This document shows, one piece after another, positions 60,857 through 64,000 of a stretch of 64,000 bases of DNA. A model generated the notes under the pieces. That model saw only the letters and a program-made list of their open reading frames with translations. It had not been told where the DNA came from and ran no database searches. Every line of letters begins with the position of its first letter. The stretch's first letter is position 1. The position numbers and the translations under genes were made by a program. Source of the DNA: an uncultured bacterium (GTDB lineage: Bacteria; Babelota; Babeliae; Babelales; Vermiphilaceae); NCBI GenBank assembly GCA_963695335.1, contig OY968764.1:864001-928000 (forward strand). The letters run 5' to 3'.

Positions 60857-61879
60857 ATGAATACGCCGTTTTTGACAACTCGCATCGTACTTATTATTTC
60901 ATTCTTTTTTACTCAGCAAATGTGTGGTATGGAATTGATTTTTTATGGTAAGCGATTGCTGAGTAAATGCTTTTATAGTGAACTTGTGCAAAATAAACAA
61001 TTCAAGCATTTTTCTGAGTTGCCAAAAGAAACTCAATTGCTCATTTTTCAATACTCAGATAATAAAGCAGCAGATATTCAGAGTCTTGATCAGTATTGGT
61101 CTCAAACAGTATCAATAAAATCTCCACTGTTTGTTCATGAATTTTGTCAAGTTGGTCATGATCGTGTATGTCGTATCTTTTTGAATGCTGTGTATAACGG
61201 TAACTATGTAGGTGTTAAAAATATTTTAAAAAATAGTTATCTCAGCAATGCTGAATGTAAAAGTCTGTGTTATCGCAATGTTGATAATAATGAATCAGGA
61301 TACGAAATTGTATTGGATCCGTATCATATTGCAAGAGAAGACAAACCGATGATTGAGTTATTAGAACAGTATAAAGTTACAACTTTGCCATCAGGTAAGG
61401 TACCATGTCAACCTACTCCTTTAATTATGGCATGCATTGCGGGAAACAGTGATGTTATTAATCGTAATATCAAAGGTAATAAAGTTAACATTAGAAGAGC
61501 CTTAAATATAGTGGTTACCTGTGATTATGAAAAATGTATGAGGCAGTTAATGTATTCTCTACATGATGAATTTGAAGAGTTGTTAGTACGCGATGAAGAC
61601 CGAAAGTTGTTGGCCCGTAAACTTTTAAGAAGAGCATGTCGTTCTAAAAGTTACAAGGTGTTACCAATATTGCTTGATGATGGAGCTTGTGATAAAAATG
61701 ATATTTTTGATGATAAAACGATGCTTGATGAGGTATTAGAGTTAGTAAAACATGATTGTACTTTTGATGTAGTTGTAGCATTACTCAAAGAATATGGTGC
61801 ACAAACAGCACAGCAAATTGCTGATAAAAATGCTGAGTTAGCAGAAGAACGTGAATATATGCCATTTTCATGGCAGTAA
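60857..61879 (+). CDS. Secreted F-box-like/ankyrin-repeat protein
   Basis: FSELPKETQLLIFQY; TPLIMACIAGN; LLKEYGA; start moved to ATG 60857. Confidence 0.7.
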   Translation: MNTPFLTTRIVLIISFFFTQQMCGMELIFYGKRLLSKCFYSELVQNKQFKHFSELPKETQLLIFQYSDNKAADIQSLDQYWSQTVSIKSPLFVHEFCQVGHDRVCRIFLNAVYNGNYVGVKNILKNSYLSNAECKSLCYRNVDNNESGYEIVLDPYHIAREDKPMIELLEQYKVTTLPSGKVPCQPTPLIMACIAGNSDVINRNIKGNKVNIRRALNIVVTCDYEKCMRQLMYSLHDEFEELLVRDEDRKLLARKLLRRACRSKSYKVLPILLDDGACDKNDIFDDKTMLDEVLELVKHDCTFDVVVALLKEYGAQTAQQIADKNAELAEEREYMPFSWQ

Positions 61880-61995
61880 ACTATTTTTAACATAAAAAAT
61901 TATAGACCTTAAATATTCTATAAAAATGTGATATACTTTTTTTGTGTAGAAGCTATCCTTGCGAGGAGCTATACCTTTTTATGAAAGGGTGGCAG

Positions 61996-62511
61996 ATGTT
62001 TGCTCGCAATGAGAAAGTTGTTTATCCCGGTCATGGTGTTGCAGTTATTAACTGTGTCATTGAAAAAAAAATTGCTGGTAGATCATTGCAGTTTTTTGAA
62101 TTACGATTTCTTAATAAAGATATGACAATTCTTGTCCCAACAGAAAATGCAACAGCTGTTGGAATTAGACATCTGAGTTCCGCTGAATATATTAATGATA
62201 TTTTTAAATTATTGGCACAACCAGTGATGGCAAAACAATTGGATGCTGCCGCAAGTAATTGGAATAAGCGTAATAAAGAGTATCAAGGAAAGCTTCGTAG
62301 TGGTAATCTTTTAGAATTGTGTGCAATTTATAGAGACCTCAGACATATTGAAGGCAATAAAGAACTTTCATTTGGTGAAAAAAGTTTGTTGCAACAAACG
62401 GAAAATCTTCTTATCGAGGAAATTGCAATAGTTACTAAAGTAGCAGCGTGCGATGCAGCTCGACAATTAAAAGAGTTGGTCATTGATAAAGTAAAAAACA
62501 GTAGCTTATAA
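61996..62511 (+). CDS. carD: CarD-family transcription regulator
   Basis: KVVYPGHGVA.I, ILVP...AVGIR, NWNKR...KLRSG, LSFGEK. Confidence 0.92.
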   Translation: MFARNEKVVYPGHGVAVINCVIEKKIAGRSLQFFELRFLNKDMTILVPTENATAVGIRHLSSAEYINDIFKLLAQPVMAKQLDAAASNWNKRNKEYQGKLRSGNLLELCAIYRDLRHIEGNKELSFGEKSLLQQTENLLIEEIAIVTKVAACDAARQLKELVIDKVKNSSL

Positions 62512-62572
62512 TTTTTTGATGGGGCTTTAATTGAGGCCCCATTTTATTTTTTAAAATAAATGGTTTTCATGT

Positions 62573-63562
62573 ATGATGATATATATGAAAACAACAAATC
62601 TACCTTTCATGCTTGTTATTTATGGTCCTACTGGTGTTGGCAAAACAGATTTGGCACTCGCTATTGCAGGGCATATTCCAGCTGAGATTATCAATATGGA
62701 TGTAGGGCAATTTTATACCCCTTTATCAATTGGTACCGCTAAACCTGATTGGAAGCATAGTGCCGTTCCACACCATCTTTTTGATGTTATTGACACTCCT
62801 GCAAACTTTACTATTGCGGAGTATCGGTCTTTAGTTTATAAAAAAATGCAAGAAATAAGAGCGCGGGGGAAATTACCTATCCTTGTTGGTGGCAGTGGTT
62901 TTTATTTACATGCGTTACTTTTTCCACCGCAAGTAGCAATTCCTGATGTTGATATATCTCAGATGTACCCAGAGGGTGCAAATATATGGCAAGAACTTTT
63001 TAATATTGATCCCAAACGTGCGTTAAGTATTGATAAAGCCGATGAATACCGTATTAAACGTGCATTAACTATTTGGCATGCAACGGGTAAATTGCCCTCA
63101 ACATACAGTCCTACATATGATCCGGAAGTAGATTTTATGGTGATTTTTGTGGAACGCGATCGTCAAGAGCTTAAAGAAAGAATTGATGCTCGCGTGCTTG
63201 AAATGTTTAAGTGCGGATGGATAGAAGAGACAAAAGCAGTCGAGCATACTCCTTGGCAAGCGTTTATTCAGAAGAAAAATATTATTGGGTACAATCAAAT
63301 TTTTGATTATCTATCAAGTAATAAATCAGACAAAGATTTTCAGGCAATGGTTAATACTATTGCCACTGAAACAAGACAGTATGCAAAACGACAACATACA
63401 TTTTGGCGTAAGTTAGAGCGTGAAATAAATAAAGAAAAGAAGTATACTGGCATATATATTGGTTGTCTTGAAGTTGTTAACTTGACGAATGTCAAAATTC
63501 ATTTATATATTAATGAACTGTTACGACGACTATCCTGTAAAATAGGTAAAAAATATGAATAA
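62573..63562 (+). CDS. miaA: tRNA dimethylallyltransferase
   Basis: GPTGVGKT, IGTAKP, VPHHL.D, LVGGSGFY, TRQYAKRQ.T. Confidence 0.95.
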   Translation: MMIYMKTTNLPFMLVIYGPTGVGKTDLALAIAGHIPAEIINMDVGQFYTPLSIGTAKPDWKHSAVPHHLFDVIDTPANFTIAEYRSLVYKKMQEIRARGKLPILVGGSGFYLHALLFPPQVAIPDVDISQMYPEGANIWQELFNIDPKRALSIDKADEYRIKRALTIWHATGKLPSTYSPTYDPEVDFMVIFVERDRQELKERIDARVLEMFKCGWIEETKAVEHTPWQAFIQKKNIIGYNQIFDYLSSNKSDKDFQAMVNTIATETRQYAKRQHTFWRKLEREINKEKKYTGIYIGCLEVVNLTNVKIHLYINELLRRLSCKIGKKYE

Positions 63563-64000
63563 ATGGGAAGATTCTTTTAAGAAAATATCAGTCGAGAATA
63601 ATGAAGGTCTTTTTATACCAAGCAGACAACTGAGTGCTATTGTGGCAGTAATTATATTACTGGCCTTTTCTCTTTTTATGACAGGCTATTTTTTAGGGAA
63701 AAGAAAAGCTGTTGAACAATTTACGCAAGATATGCAGCAAGATGCTGTTGCGGATAGAATTTACACAACATTATTATCTACACAGCCTTCTGAGGCTGTA
63801 ACAACTGATACATTATTGGTAACGCAAGCAGATGAAACTCCTATTGCATCATTTTTGATGCCTCAAGAGATTGCAACAGCAGAACAAGCGACTACTGTTG
63901 CATTAGATACTCAATATTATTATGCGCAACTCATAGGATTTGGAACGGAAAAAGCGGCGCAAAGCTTTATAAAAAAGCTTGCAGCAAAGGGAATTGAGAC
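63555..64000 (+). CDS. Membrane-anchored SPOR-domain-like protein; runs off the window end
   Basis: ATG overlapping the miaA end; TM helix ...FMTGYFLGKR; YYAQLIGFGTEKAAQSFIKKL. Confidence 0.65.
   Translation, partial: MNKWEDSFKKISVENNEGLFIPSRQLSAIVAVIILLAFSLFMTGYFLGKRKAVEQFTQDMQQDAVADRIYTTLLSTQPSEAVTTDTLLVTQADETPIASFLMPQEIATAEQATTVALDTQYYYAQLIGFGTEKAAQSFIKKLAAKGIE

Overview
AT-rich bacterial chromosome segment. The gene content (many signal-peptide proteins with eukaryote-like domains, a lineage-type family of large barrel-like envelope proteins, spoVG/tRNA-Gln, CarD, HspR-like regulator) suggests an intracellular protist-associated bacterium, probably Candidatus Dependentiae/Babeliae (TM6); this is inference, not a database result. 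Housekeeping genes: ftsK, murF, rsmH, spoVG, tRNA-Gln(TTG), maf, ychF, frameshifted dnaK, carD, miaA. Main points of interest: (1) a ~9.2 kb capsid-less integrated element at tRNA-Gln (21621-30806, 9-bp att core CAGCCATAC). Its large serine recombinase gene is split by its own att site. It also carries a Toprim-helicase primase, a candidate origin, a probably inactive chlamydial-plasmid-like tyrosine recombinase, a Cas4-like nuclease and a decayed group I intron with a LAGLIDADG gene. (2) At least three families of short palindromic repeats (about 20 copies) that insert in frame into genes (including ftsK and maf), nest inside each other, and sit as a tandem duplication directly in front of a small GIY-YIG nuclease, a candidate mobiliser. 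(3) Five paralogous Cys-containing outer-membrane barrel-like proteins. (4) A putative effector set (cPLA2-like, PI-PLC-like, Josephin/papain-like, caspase-fold, F-box/ankyrin-like) plus a Hint polymorphic toxin/immunity pair; many effectors have Met-Glu right after the signal peptide. (5) An intact ISAs1 element. All family assignments are from motif recognition by eye.
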